A DNA stretch of 64,000 bases from an uncultured bacterium (GTDB lineage Bacteria > Oederibacteriota > JAAXVQ01 > JAUVAV01), in the NCBI GenBank assembly GCA_963710755.1, contig CAVQBK010000003.1:211605-275604 (forward strand), written 5' to 3'. Shown piece after piece: positions 46,447 to 57,312 of the stretch. The stretch's first letter is position 1. Each line of letters opens with the position of its first letter. Made by a program: the position numbers and the translations under genes. Under the pieces are notes generated by a model. It was not told the origin of the DNA, did not search any database, and saw only the letters and a list, made by a program, of their open reading frames with translations.

Positions 46447-46974
46447 TTAGGGGACGCGGTCAAAAAAAGGATTCTTGGCCTGGGCGGACAGGGGTACGCC
46501 ATAGGCAATCTTAACCTTCTCACCCAGCAGCTGGAGCGAGAGCGCGGCCATGCCCATGCTGTACATCACCCGGTTGTCGGCATGATGCAGCCCGGCCACC
46601 GCCACCGCCGAACCCAGGGCAATGCCCAGATCGCCGGTGTTGAAGGCGCAGATGCCGTTCTGGGTGCGGTTGTCAGCGCAGTCCCTAAACCCGCACAGTC
46701 CGCAATACTTGAGGTCCATGGTTTTAATTTTGGTACCCACGAGCATGGCCACTTCGGCATGCTCGCGCACATTGGCTGCGTCGCGCAGGAAAGAGGGCAC
46801 TTGTTGTTCCTTGCCCAGCCGTTCCATTTCCCCGGCCAGGGTAAGTAAATCCGCTTTTTCCAAAATAGCGATTTCCAGATTATCCTGACCCCGGCCCTTG
46901 GGCGCGGTGACCGCAGCCAGCACCATCTTGTGAGCCACGTCCATTAAGGCTTGTTGTTCCGCATGCTGTATCAT
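46447..46974 (-). CDS. DUF2148-like ferredoxin-domain protein
   Basis: 175 aa with a YCGLCGFRDCADN cysteine cluster. Size and motif fit DUF2148. Confidence 0.45.
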   Translation of the reverse strand: MIQHAEQQALMDVAHKMVLAAVTAPKGRGQDNLEIAILEKADLLTLAGEMERLGKEQQVPSFLRDAANVREHAEVAMLVGTKIKTMDLKYCGLCGFRDCADNRTQNGICAFNTGDLGIALGSAVAVAGLHHADNRVMYSMGMAALSLQLLGEKVKIAYGVPLSAQAKNPFFDRVP

Positions 46975-47089
46975 TGTTTCTCCCAGTTAAAGGTTTTTTC
47001 ACAGAAACGCGGGAAGAAAAACTTTTATGGATCGCTGCGCGATCATCCCAAAATGATCCTGTGATAAACAGCTTTTATTTACCGCGTGG

Positions 47090-50000
47090 TCACTCCTGTG
47101 ACAGTTTAACCAACCCCAGGGCCTGACGCTTGACCCAGCCTTGATGGCCGGCATCGAGGGCCACTTTGATCCAGGCCTCTTCCTGCTCCAGGACCGCCAT
47201 ACTCATCCCTTCCGGCAAATCAAGCAGGGCCTCGGCTTTGGGATAAGGCCGCAACCGCAGAGGCGCCTGGTTGCTGAGCACCACGGCCTTCTGCCACCAC
47301 AGCGGTTCGCTGGAGCGGGCCGTGGCCCAGAGCACGGTCAGCAGCAGGGCCAACGCCGCCAGGCCTGAACAGAGCTTTAAGGGATTTCCAGCCTGCGCCC
47401 ACGGTCCTTCTTTTGCATCCATGACTTTGCGGCCAGCGGCAGGGTTATTTAAAATACCAAAGGAGCGCGGCCAAAGCAACCATAACATCAACAGCACGAT
47501 TAAGATCCAATAAAGGACCACCACCGCGATCCATAATTCATCGGCTGTAAAATACTGATAGAGGTTCTGTATTGCCAGTACCCAGGCCGATGATTCCAAA
47601 TTAAGATCCCTGATGGTGGTTAGGCCGTGCACGGTCTTAAGATTAAAAGCAATCGCCTGATCGCGCGGCGCCAGCCAATGAGCGCGCTCATAGGCCAACA
47701 CCGCATCCCCCAGGCGGCCCTGGTGCACATAGCAATTGCCCAGGTTAAAATACACGGGACCACCGGCCGCACCCTGATTGAGCAGATCGGTGTAAATTTT
47801 TTCCGCTTCCTGAAGCCGTCCCTGGTCCATAAACGCATTGGCCTGAGTAAACCGGGCCGCCTGATCCTGGGCCAGCGCCGGATGGGGCGCAAGCAAGGGC
47901 AGCAACAGCACCAGGGCCACTTTAATCTGCTGCTTGGCGTCCTTTTCCTTTTGCTTCCATACGGCCTCAAAAGCACGGAGGGCTGTTTTTAAATCCTTGT
48001 GCAAGGCATGCATATCCTTGGCCGGCAGGGTTACGGCCGCGTAACGCACATATTCACAAGCCGTCAAGGCCACTTTAAAACGGGCCACCAGAGCCTGAGG
48101 AATCTCATTGGCCTTGAAATAACCGGCCAGGCGTTCGGCGCTGATGTAGCTGTTGGGTACTTTAAATTTGGCGGCCAGGTAGTCGGTGGTGATTTTGGTG
48201 AGGCCGTCATAAAAGGTACGGATGGCGCCGTCATAGATGGCGTGTTTTAAGCGGCGCATGGCTTTTTTGGCTTGGGTATAGGCCTGCCGCCTGCGCCAAG
48301 CCTGTTCATCCGCCAATAGGTTGTCCTGGCGGCGGCGCCAGCCAAAGGCGCCCAGCAGCAACAATGGTCCCAAAGCCTGCACCACCCAGAAGCTCCAGTG
48401 ATGAACCCAGGAACCACTTAGGTCCGTTCGGCCGGTCAGCGCATGCTTGTTGGGCTGCAAGGATAAGGTGGCACTGTCCAAGGCGGGCGTGATAATCGTC
48501 TGGCTTTCTGTTTTTGGCCGGCCGCTGACCGTCACCCCCGGGATGGACATGCTCACCGTCTGCCAGGTTTTGAGTTCAGGATCAAAAGCCCGCACCCGGG
48601 CCGGGCCCAGAGCAAAGACCCCCGGTTTTTCAAACACCACCAGATAATGGTAATTCCGTCGGCTGAATATAACCTTGTCCCGGGGATCTACGGTATCCTC
48701 TATTTTTTCCAGATACACCCGGCAGCCGGACACTGCCGCCAGCAATGGTTCCGGCGCGCTGCTCAAATTGCCCTGGCCGCTTAAGGTAAGCGCGAGCATG
48801 ACCGGCCGGCCCGTGCGTGGCGCTGTATCCTGTTGCCAGGCCGCCTGTCCTTGAAAGCAGCCTACCAAGACTTGCTGCTTATGCAGCCCCTGGACATCCT
48901 TGGGCAGGGGCAGTACCTTGACACTGAGCACATCGGTCAGGTATTGCTGCTGTTTGTTTTTCACACTGATGACCGCCTTGCCCATGGCAATGGAAAAGGT
49001 TCCCGGCCTGATGGGAAACAGAGCGGTGCGGTAATGACGCTCCAACAACCGCTGCTTGGTGCTGGAAATTTGCTCTTCCTTTTGCAAAGGTGGCAACGGT
49101 TCGGTAATAAAGCCGGAGAGCATGGGTGGCGTATAGGCCATGGTGGTGTGCTCATCGCTGACGTATTGAAGCTTGATGGTCAGGGTGACCTGCTGGTTGA
49201 CATAGGCCTGATCCTTGTCCAAATAAGCCTCGAACACCACGCCGTCTTTATCCGCACTCTCCAGCTTGGGCGCTGCCGGCACCAGAGCTTGCCCGGTTTT
49301 GCCTACCCCGCTGAAGCGGCGACGGTAGGTAATACCTGAATTGGTGCCTTCCACCCTGATCTTGAGTTTTTGGCTGCTGTAGGTCTTGTTGCCCACTTTG
49401 ACCCGAATGGGCTCAATCTCAAACAAGCCCGGCTGTTTGCCCAGGTAGACCACGCTAATGAGCCGGTGATGCCAGAGTTGGCCTTGCACGGAAAGAGGAC
49501 CAGTGGTCTGGCTGCGGTTGATAATTTCAAAATAGGACAGCTTGGGCAAAATCACCTTGCCCAGGGCATGATTGCTTTTGGCGAGAATATCCACCTGCAG
49601 CGTAAAACTTTCATCCAGATGCACCCGGTCATGATCCAAACTGACGCTTAGTCGCACCGGCTTGCGTCCAGCCGCTGACTCGGGCTCATCGTGGGTTATA
49701 GGCTCCGTGGCCAGCTCCACTTCATTGTCCGCAAGCCAGCCGCCATTGCCCTGCAATGCATCTCCGCCGGGCAGGCTGCGTTCCTGCACGGTATCGGGCG
49801 ACACGCTGTAATTTTTAATCATCCCTGTTTTAGGCTTCCCGGTTGGTGTGGCCCAGGGTTTAGGTGACGCCGTTGAGGCCGGCTCCGCGTCCAGTATGGG
49901 CTCCGTGCTCAGTTCGGCTTCTTCCTGTTCGCGCGCCAGCATAGGTTTGAGCTGCTGATCATAGATTGCCTGATTGACGTTTGGCACTGCCGGTTGGGAA

Positions 50001-50128
50001 GCCTTGGAATTGGCAGCCTCCGCCCCGGGGACGAACCAGCTCAGGGCAACGATGAGGATGGCAAGATTGACAAGCTTGGTCACAGTTTGGTCCTTCTTTT
50101 TGAAATGCTTTAAGCGCTTCCCGGCCAC
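47090..50128 (-). CDS. BatD-family protein fused to TPR repeats and a C-terminal SH3b-like domain (1012 aa)
   Basis: N-terminal signal/TM, BatD-like region and internal TM. TPR YFNLGNCYVHQGRLGDAVLAYERAHWLAPRDQ. C-terminal ...AWIKVALDAGHQGWVKRQALG. Confidence 0.5.
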   Translation of the reverse strand: MAGKRLKHFKKKDQTVTKLVNLAILIVALSWFVPGAEAANSKASQPAVPNVNQAIYDQQLKPMLAREQEEAELSTEPILDAEPASTASPKPWATPTGKPKTGMIKNYSVSPDTVQERSLPGGDALQGNGGWLADNEVELATEPITHDEPESAAGRKPVRLSVSLDHDRVHLDESFTLQVDILAKSNHALGKVILPKLSYFEIINRSQTTGPLSVQGQLWHHRLISVVYLGKQPGLFEIEPIRVKVGNKTYSSQKLKIRVEGTNSGITYRRRFSGVGKTGQALVPAAPKLESADKDGVVFEAYLDKDQAYVNQQVTLTIKLQYVSDEHTTMAYTPPMLSGFITEPLPPLQKEEQISSTKQRLLERHYRTALFPIRPGTFSIAMGKAVISVKNKQQQYLTDVLSVKVLPLPKDVQGLHKQQVLVGCFQGQAAWQQDTAPRTGRPVMLALTLSGQGNLSSAPEPLLAAVSGCRVYLEKIEDTVDPRDKVIFSRRNYHYLVVFEKPGVFALGPARVRAFDPELKTWQTVSMSIPGVTVSGRPKTESQTIITPALDSATLSLQPNKHALTGRTDLSGSWVHHWSFWVVQALGPLLLLGAFGWRRRQDNLLADEQAWRRRQAYTQAKKAMRRLKHAIYDGAIRTFYDGLTKITTDYLAAKFKVPNSYISAERLAGYFKANEIPQALVARFKVALTACEYVRYAAVTLPAKDMHALHKDLKTALRAFEAVWKQKEKDAKQQIKVALVLLLPLLAPHPALAQDQAARFTQANAFMDQGRLQEAEKIYTDLLNQGAAGGPVYFNLGNCYVHQGRLGDAVLAYERAHWLAPRDQAIAFNLKTVHGLTTIRDLNLESSAWVLAIQNLYQYFTADELWIAVVVLYWILIVLLMLWLLWPRSFGILNNPAAGRKVMDAKEGPWAQAGNPLKLCSGLAALALLLTVLWATARSSEPLWWQKAVVLSNQAPLRLRPYPKAEALLDLPEGMSMAVLEQEEAWIKVALDAGHQGWVKRQALGLVKLSQE

Positions 50129-50136
50129 GGCCTTTA

Positions 50137-51915
50137 TTACCAGGGTGGTCCCTGATAGTCAGGAGAAGGCTTGGCCTGATCAGGCCATTGTTTCTGGATG
50201 GAATTTTCCTCTGACTCCAAAGACCGCAAGGTGCGTAAAGCTTCGTCCTGGGACATGCCTTTTTGGCGCCGGCCTTGTTGTTCTTCCGAAGTTTTAGGCT
50301 GATGGCCCTGATCCTGGCGTTGCTGGCTTTGTTGTTGTCTTTCCCGGGGCGGCGCCTGCTCTTGCGGTCGGCCCTGGGCCTTGGCCTGCTCCTGACCGGG
50401 TTTATCCGCACCGCTGCCGGGCTGCTTGCCCTGATCTTGGCCCTGGCTCTGCCGTTGTTGGGGCGCGGTCGTGTGGGTGCGCTTTTTAATCTCTCTTAAT
50501 ATGATTTCAATATTATATCGCGCCTCCTCGTCGTTTTGATTGAGAATGAGCAATTCCTTGTAACGCTCCAGGGCTTCCTGCCAATAAGCCGGATCCCCTT
50601 CCTGCAGACCCAGGTAAAAGGCGGTGTACCCCAGGTTATAAAGCACCGCCTGGTGCAATCGGTTGCGGGCATGGGCCCGGGCGCGGGTGAAGGCCTGGTA
50701 GGCTTCCATCAGTTTTTGTTGGGCCAGCAAGCTGCAGCCCAGATTGTAATCCGCCAAAGCCTGCTGCGGCTTGAGGCGGCGCGCTTGCTCAAAAGCCTGT
50801 TGCGCATGAATCAAATCGTTTTGCGCAAACCCTTTCAGCCCCTGCTGCATGAGCTGGCGGTAGCTCTGGGCTTGACCGGCCAAAGGCAGGCCCAGCAGTA
50901 CCAGCAGCACGGCCACCCGGCTCAGGTGCTTGGGATTTTTTTGTTGCTGGATCAGCAGGCTGGCGGCCACCAGCAGCGCAGCCATCAGGGCCAGCCAGGG
51001 ATAGAGCGGCCGCCAGGCATAATAGCCGCTGGTAAAACGTTTAATTTTTTCAAGATGATTTAATTCCGCCACCAGCTGGTCTTCCTGGGCATTGCTGTCG
51101 CTCAAGCGCCAGTAAATGCCGCCGCCGGCATCCGCCAGCTGGGCCAGCCGTTTTTGATTTAACTTGGTGACCACGGCTTTGCCGTGGCTGTCTTTGACCA
51201 CGCCCTGGTCCAGGCTCAGGCCGATGCCCTGGGGCGTGCCCACGCCCAGCACATAAAGCCGGACGCCCTCGGCCCGGGCTTTTCGGAGCGCACTGTCCAT
51301 CTTGGCACCGTAATCCTCGCCGTCGCTGATCAGCACCATGACCTTGTTCTTGGCCCCGTTGCGTTCAAAACTGTCCAGTCCCAGGCGTAGGGCTTGATCA
51401 ATAGCAGTGCCTGCCAGCGGCAGGCTTTTGCTGTTCATGGCATCCACCATCAGCCGGAGGGCACCTTTATCGTCCGTAAAGGGACAGCTCATAAAGGCTT
51501 CCCCGGCCCATTGGATGAGGCCAATGCGATGGCCTTCCCAATGATCGATCAGATAGGTCATGGCGCGTTTGCCCCGTTCCAGCCGCGAAGGCATGATATC
51601 CTTGGCCTCCATGGAGGCGGAACAATCCATCAGGAATAAGATGTCCAGGCCCATGCTGCCGGCCTGCCGGCCCATGACGGTTTGTTGGGGCTGGGCCAGA
51701 CCCAGCACGGTAAGGGTAAACGCCAGCATCAGCAGCATGCGGCCGGCCCATTGCAGCCGGGGATAATGATGAACCGTCAGCTGGCGCAGCAAGGGCGCTT
51801 GCGCCAGGCGGTTGAGCGCCTGGGTGCGCTTTTTTTGATGCCACCACCAACCCAGTAGCCAAAGGGGCAGCAGCCAGAGCAACAGTAATAAGTGCGGCTG
51901 ATCAAAACGTATCAT
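50137..51915 (-). CDS. BatB-like vWA-domain/TPR membrane protein (592 aa)
   Basis: N-terminal TM helices. vWA MIDAS ILFLMDCSASM. TPR repeats (ADYNLGCSLLAQQKLMEAYQAF...). Gln/Pro-rich low-complexity C-terminus. Confidence 0.65.
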   Translation of the reverse strand: MIRFDQPHLLLLLWLLPLWLLGWWWHQKKRTQALNRLAQAPLLRQLTVHHYPRLQWAGRMLLMLAFTLTVLGLAQPQQTVMGRQAGSMGLDILFLMDCSASMEAKDIMPSRLERGKRAMTYLIDHWEGHRIGLIQWAGEAFMSCPFTDDKGALRLMVDAMNSKSLPLAGTAIDQALRLGLDSFERNGAKNKVMVLISDGEDYGAKMDSALRKARAEGVRLYVLGVGTPQGIGLSLDQGVVKDSHGKAVVTKLNQKRLAQLADAGGGIYWRLSDSNAQEDQLVAELNHLEKIKRFTSGYYAWRPLYPWLALMAALLVAASLLIQQQKNPKHLSRVAVLLVLLGLPLAGQAQSYRQLMQQGLKGFAQNDLIHAQQAFEQARRLKPQQALADYNLGCSLLAQQKLMEAYQAFTRARAHARNRLHQAVLYNLGYTAFYLGLQEGDPAYWQEALERYKELLILNQNDEEARYNIEIILREIKKRTHTTAPQQRQSQGQDQGKQPGSGADKPGQEQAKAQGRPQEQAPPRERQQQSQQRQDQGHQPKTSEEQQGRRQKGMSQDEALRTLRSLESEENSIQKQWPDQAKPSPDYQGPPW

Positions 51916-52036
51916 GACTGTCCTTGCGCTTTTTAATTGGTCATCCTGAACCAGGATTTTAACTCAAGGTCTTCTCACTTGCCAATGGTTAAACGCGTCC
52001 GTTTGCGTGACCGGGTTAGGATGGGTTGGCGGCCTT

Positions 52037-53377
52037 TTAGCGACTGACCACTAATTTTTTCAGAGGATAGATACTGGTTTTTCCCCGACTGATGGCGGCC
52101 AGGCGTACATAATACAGCCCCGGCGCCAGGTGATGCAAACGGCAGCGGACCAGCTGCTCTCCGGGAGATACGGTAATGCTGGCCACACGCTCCCCGGCCA
52201 CATTGTAAAGCGTGACCCGTCCGCCACCGTCCGCATCCTCAGGCCAGCAAAAAGTCACCTGGTCAACAGCAGGGTTGGGATAAAAAGCATGGGCCGCAGG
52301 TGCAGGATCATTGACCGTGGCCGCTGGGCTGGGCGTGGTGCTTGCGGTTGCAGGCATGATGGTCGTGGTGGTGGCACTGGCCGTGGGGCTCGCGGTCAGG
52401 GTGGGTGTCACGGTGGCGATGAATGAGGCTGTTGGCGTGAGGGTGTTGGTCAAGGTGATGGTGCTGCTCGCCGTCAGGCTGGGCGTCACGGTAAATGAAT
52501 TGGTGTTGGTCGGGGTAACGGACCACGTAGGGCTGTGGGTGGCTGTGGCCGTGGGTGTAGACGTATTGGTCAAGGTCGCAGTAGGGCTCGCGGTCAGGGT
52601 GGGCGTTATTGTGCAGGTGCTGGTGGTGGTCTCGGTAAAGGTGGCGGTGGCCGTGATGGTCATGGTAAACGAGGGCGTGGGCGTAATGGTCAGCGTGGAT
52701 GTTGGCGTATAGGTAATGGATTGCGTGGGGGTCATGGTGGCGCTGGGACTGGCGGTAAAGGTTGGCGTCATGCTGGGCGTCGCGGTCAGGGTCGGCGTGG
52801 CGGTAAAGGTTGGCGTGTGGGTTGGGGTTATGGTGGGAGTAGAGGTAGAGGTCGGCGTGCCCAGGACATCGGAAATATAAACGCAGAAGGTGGAAAAAGA
52901 AGCTGCCGGCGACACGCCGGCAGGATCAGGAAAAGGGTTCCATGAATAAGACCGCTGCAAACGGGCGGTGGCATAAGAACTGAGGCCTATGGTGGTGGAA
53001 AATTGAAATTGAATACCCAGATAATAATCGCTGCCATTAACAATAGGCACGGCTGATGACAGAGGCATTTGGTTCCATCCATTCACAGCTTCCTGGGGAG
53101 CGGCTGCAGCCAGGAGATTCTCGGCATACCCGGTGGTGCTGTTGCCTTGATACACCGCAGCCTGTATCTGAGTGCCGGGCGTGGTGATGTTCTGCACATA
53201 AACCATAATGTAGCTGGCCGTAAAATCTTCAGCAGCGCGAAACATATGGCCGCGAATGGAAGCCGCAAAGGAGGCGCTGCTGTCGGGCAAATTATTATTG
53301 CCCAGCACCGCTGCCTTGGCTTGGGTTGGACAGCCTAATAATAATATGATCATTATTTTTCTCAAGGTTGTGCGCAT
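52037..53377 (-). CDS. Secreted protein with ~200-aa Thr/Pro-rich linker and T9SS-type C-terminal sorting domain (446 aa)
   Basis: Signal peptide. TPT/TAT repeats (nt ~52250-52870). C-terminus FYPNPAVDQVTF...VTLYNVAGERV...GLYYVRLAAISRGKTSIYPLKKLVVSR resembles the Por-secretion C-terminal domain. Confidence 0.6.
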   Translation of the reverse strand: MRTTLRKIMIILLLGCPTQAKAAVLGNNNLPDSSASFAASIRGHMFRAAEDFTASYIMVYVQNITTPGTQIQAAVYQGNSTTGYAENLLAAAAPQEAVNGWNQMPLSSAVPIVNGSDYYLGIQFQFSTTIGLSSYATARLQRSYSWNPFPDPAGVSPAASFSTFCVYISDVLGTPTSTSTPTITPTHTPTFTATPTLTATPSMTPTFTASPSATMTPTQSITYTPTSTLTITPTPSFTMTITATATFTETTTSTCTITPTLTASPTATLTNTSTPTATATHSPTWSVTPTNTNSFTVTPSLTASSTITLTNTLTPTASFIATVTPTLTASPTASATTTTIMPATASTTPSPAATVNDPAPAAHAFYPNPAVDQVTFCWPEDADGGGRVTLYNVAGERVASITVSPGEQLVRCRLHHLAPGLYYVRLAAISRGKTSIYPLKKLVVSR

Positions 53378-53521
53378 CCTGCCCCCTTGGATAAGGGTCG
53401 GCGACTAAGGGTAAGCGTTTACCTTTATTTTCAAGAGCATTGATTACTAATCGGTGTATGCACTTAATAATTTCAAAGCTAAGCCGATCATTTAATTACC
53501 ACTTGCCACAAGGAGGCTTGC

Positions 53522-56500
53522 ATGCGTCACTGGTTACTCAGCCTTATGGTTGTCCTTTTACTCACACCCTTGGTTAACGCCGCCACTTATACAGTCACCA
53601 ATAGCAATGATTCGGGCGCCGGTTCTTTTCGTCAGGCCGTACTGGATGCCAACGGCTCGGTCGGTCCCGACAGCATCGTGTTTAGCTCCAGTTTTATGTA
53701 TATCACCGTAAGCAGTTATATCCGGGTGACTGACACCATTAACCTCAGCGGCAACTACGCGGTTATCAATGGCAACAACAGCAGCAACGGCGTTTATTTT
53801 GCCGCCGGCAGCGATGGCAGCACCATCACGGCCATGGCCTTTGTACAATCCACAGGCTACGGTCTCAGCCTGGCGTCCAACTGCAACCGCGTCTATAACT
53901 GCGCCTTGGGCACCAACTTCAGCGGCACGAGCGGGCTGGGCAACAACATCGGCCTGTCCGTCAGCGGCCATTACAATGACATCGGCGGTACGCTCTCCTC
54001 AGGCTACAATATTATCTCCGGCAATAACAGCTATGGGCTCAGTATTTATAGTTCCATTGGCACCAGGGTACACGGCAACTATATTGGCACCAATCACACC
54101 GCTACCTTGGCCGTGCCCAATAACACGGGTATTCAACTCTACGGCAACAGCATGCAAACCATGATCGGCGGCGACCGCAGTGCCGGTCAGGGCAATGTGA
54201 TCAGCGGCAATACCACTTACGGTGTGTACCTCAGCGATGTAGATTGTTTTGGCAACAGCCTGGCCGGCAATTACATCGGGGTGGATCCCATTCAGGTCAA
54301 TCCCTTGCCCAATAGCGTGGGGATCTTGGTTCATCAGTCCTCCTGGAATTATATCGGCTTGCCGGTGGCGAATTATGGCAACGTGGTGGCCGGCAACAGC
54401 TCCTATGGCATTGAACTTTGGTGCGGCAGTTCCACCAGCAATCCCCATCCCAATGCCAACCGTATTCAAAACAACTATATCGGCATCTGCCCGGACACCG
54501 GCGTGGTTTACGGCAACAACAATGGCGTCTATCTGGCTTCTGCTGACGGCAATTTGGTTGGCGGCGACCGGACACTCAACGAAGGCAATGTGATCTCAGG
54601 CAATACCAACCACGGGGTATACATGCTCGACGGCATTGGCAACTCCATCAGCGGCAACCTGATCGGCACCGATATTCTAGGATCCATGGAAGCGCACAAC
54701 ACCGGTTCGGGCATCCGCATTCAGATGGGCTCAGGCAACCTGATCGGCGGGTACAATATTGGCACCACCTTACGCCAGGGCAACCTGATCTCCGGCAATT
54801 ACCAGCACGGCATCACCTTTAACCGGGATGTACTGGGCGAACAGCAGCGGAACAATAATATTTACGGCAACTGGATCGGCCTGAACCTGGCCGGCACCGG
54901 CGCTATTGCCAATCAGCAAAACGGCATTAATTTTTACACCAATGCCGGGGACAATAATATCGGTTCCTCCAACACTCTTTATCGCAACGTAATTGCCGGC
55001 AATGGCGGCTATGGATTCCAGGCGCAATACGGCTTCAACAACAAGGTCTACGGCAATTACTTTGGCACGGACATCAATGGGACCACCTTCATTCCCAACA
55101 GCAATGATGCCATTCACTGGACCAACAGCTACAAGAACCGGATTGGCGGCACCAACACCAATGAAGGCAATGTAATCTGCGGCACAGGCACTTACGGCAT
55201 TTACCTGGCCGATAGCTTTGAGAACACCATCATCGCCAATTATATTGGTGCGCTGGCCAACAAAACCGTGACCTCACCCAATTTCAATACCGGTATTTAC
55301 CTCACCAATTGGAGCTATACCAACTGGATCGGTTTGGAAAGCGCCAACAAAGGCAACCTGATCGCCGGCGTGACCAACGGCATTAATGTGGCCCATGATC
55401 AGGCCGACGGCGTCATGCTCAGCACCAACACCATCTGCGCCTTCAGCGGCCAGGGCATTATCCTGGCGGCCGGTGCCAACAACAATGAAGCCGCGCCCAC
55501 CATTGATTCCCACAGCAGTGGCTGGCTCTATGGCACATGTACCAGCGGCGACGATGTGGTGGAAGTGTTTGTGTCAGACCGCTCCACCGGCGTGGCCGGC
55601 GGCAGCCTGACCTATGTGGGCCGCACCACGGCCATCATCGGGACATCGTGGGGCCTCAATGTAACCGGCCGGTTTACCACCAGTGGAGAAGCCTTCACGG
55701 CCATTAGCACCAACGGCATGAACAGTTCCGCCTTTGCTCAAAATTACATGATTCCTTACCCTACGCCGACCATCACGCCGACATCCACCATTACCATGAC
55801 CTCTACGTTCACGCCGACTGCTACCATTACCAAAACGGGCACTCCCACCGCGACCTTGACGGATACGGCAACTGCCACAAGGACAGCCACACCTTTGGCC
55901 AGCGCCACTTTCACGCCCAGCTATACGGCCACGCCCTCGGTAACACCGACCTTTACCCTCACAGCCACCATGACTGATACCATGACTTCCACGGCCACCC
56001 CCACCCTGACCGCGACACCCACCAAGACCTTTACCCCTACAGCGACGGCCACAGCCACCATCTCAACGACGATAACGCCCGGTAACACACCTACATTTAC
56101 GGAAACACCCACTTGTTCGCCCACGTATACAGCCACGGGCACTGCGACCGCTACAGGCACCTGCACCGACACGCCCACTCAAACCGCGACCCCAACCATG
56201 TCGGTCACCTCTACACCCACGGGCACCTGCACCGACACGCCTACTCACACCCCGACCCCAACCATGTCGGTCACTTTTACTGCGACAGGCACTAAAACCA
56301 TGACCAGTACAGCCACGCCTTATTATTCAGCAACGACGACGTCAACGATCACCGACACCCCCACTGTAACATCGACCGCCACCATTACCACTACCAGCAC
56401 CATCAGCCCCACGCGCACCGCCACACCTCTGGCCACCAACACCCCGGTAGTCACCAATACACCGGTGGTCACCGCCACGGAGACCGATAACAACACCACC

Positions 56501-56758
56501 CCCGTACAAGTATTGGCTTATCCCAACCCCGCCACGGACCATGTGGCATTCTCTGTGCCCGATTGGAACAGCGGCAGCCTGGAGATCATGATCTATAATG
56601 CCTCCGGCGAGCTGGTGGCTAAAGTGAACTCTTATAATCCCCATCAGACCCAAGCGCCTACTTGGTCCACCGGCAGCGTCAGTCCCGGCATTTACTTGGC
56701 GAGAGTATATATTGATAAGAAACTGGTCCAAACCAAGAAGGTGGCTATTATCAAATAG
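53522..56758 (+). CDS. Right-handed parallel beta-helix repeat protein with Thr/Pro-rich linker and T9SS-type CTD (1078 aa)
   Basis: Signal peptide. N-terminal [23 protein letters not shown]. More than 10 (I/V)(S/A)GN..YG(I/V) beta-helix repeats. Thr-rich linker nt ~55750-56480. C-terminus [12 protein letters not shown]...[11 protein letters not shown]...[23 protein letters not shown]. Confidence 0.7.
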   Translation: MRHWLLSLMVVLLLTPLVNAATYTVTNSNDSGAGSFRQAVLDANGSVGPDSIVFSSSFMYITVSSYIRVTDTINLSGNYAVINGNNSSNGVYFAAGSDGSTITAMAFVQSTGYGLSLASNCNRVYNCALGTNFSGTSGLGNNIGLSVSGHYNDIGGTLSSGYNIISGNNSYGLSIYSSIGTRVHGNYIGTNHTATLAVPNNTGIQLYGNSMQTMIGGDRSAGQGNVISGNTTYGVYLSDVDCFGNSLAGNYIGVDPIQVNPLPNSVGILVHQSSWNYIGLPVANYGNVVAGNSSYGIELWCGSSTSNPHPNANRIQNNYIGICPDTGVVYGNNNGVYLASADGNLVGGDRTLNEGNVISGNTNHGVYMLDGIGNSISGNLIGTDILGSMEAHNTGSGIRIQMGSGNLIGGYNIGTTLRQGNLISGNYQHGITFNRDVLGEQQRNNNIYGNWIGLNLAGTGAIANQQNGINFYTNAGDNNIGSSNTLYRNVIAGNGGYGFQAQYGFNNKVYGNYFGTDINGTTFIPNSNDAIHWTNSYKNRIGGTNTNEGNVICGTGTYGIYLADSFENTIIANYIGALANKTVTSPNFNTGIYLTNWSYTNWIGLESANKGNLIAGVTNGINVAHDQADGVMLSTNTICAFSGQGIILAAGANNNEAAPTIDSHSSGWLYGTCTSGDDVVEVFVSDRSTGVAGGSLTYVGRTTAIIGTSWGLNVTGRFTTSGEAFTAISTNGMNSSAFAQNYMIPYPTPTITPTSTITMTSTFTPTATITKTGTPTATLTDTATATRTATPLASATFTPSYTATPSVTPTFTLTATMTDTMTSTATPTLTATPTKTFTPTATATATISTTITPGNTPTFTETPTCSPTYTATGTATATGTCTDTPTQTATPTMSVTSTPTGTCTDTPTHTPTPTMSVTFTATGTKTMTSTATPYYSATTTSTITDTPTVTSTATITTTSTISPTRTATPLATNTPVVTNTPVVTATETDNNTTPVQVLAYPNPATDHVAFSVPDWNSGSLEIMIYNASGELVAKVNSYNPHQTQAPTWSTGSVSPGIYLARVYIDKKLVQTKKVAIIK

Positions 56759-57312
56759 CCCGCCATCTTAGGCACTGCTTATAAAAAAAGGCCTGCATGC
56801 TGATCATGCGGGCCTTTTTTATTTAATTTATTTTAATCGTATGGTCCCTTCCGGTGTTCATTCTTTATCTGCTTTAAGGCACCACTACCTGCACTCTTGG
56901 CAGCCTCCGAAGGGCAGGGTGATCCAGAACACTTGTAAAATAAGCGCCTGAGGTTTTTCAAACGGTTTTTTACAAGATATTTCAAATAGGCAGGACGATT
57001 ATACTGTCTGCTGCAAATCGGGCGGGATCGATTAACATTATCGTGGGTAATCTATTAGTCTTGGTTGCAAAAAACGTTTTTTAGAAAAGGGCATCTGGTC
57101 CTATTCGTCCTGCCCGCCTTCGCTTAGCCGGCATCCAGGATTTTTTAAGGGTTCAATCTGGACCCCGCTAAAACCATACCGGGGTGTCCGAAATTAGACA
57201 TGACCATTAATGCGTACTGCCACCATAACTTATTAAGTAGTATTTTTATCGCCAGAAAATCTTGGGTCTTCCACACTTTTAATCTGATGTTTCCCTAAAC
57301 TCCTGGCGCAAC

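Noticed and set aside
52311-56731. Val/Gly/Ala-rich ORFs on both strands inside the Thr/Pro-linker regions (52311..52712, 52535..52945, 55921..56178, 56342..56731 and others)
   Set aside because: Frame-shifted or reverse readings of the ACN/CCN repeat DNA that encodes the Thr/Pro linkers of the real secreted proteins.
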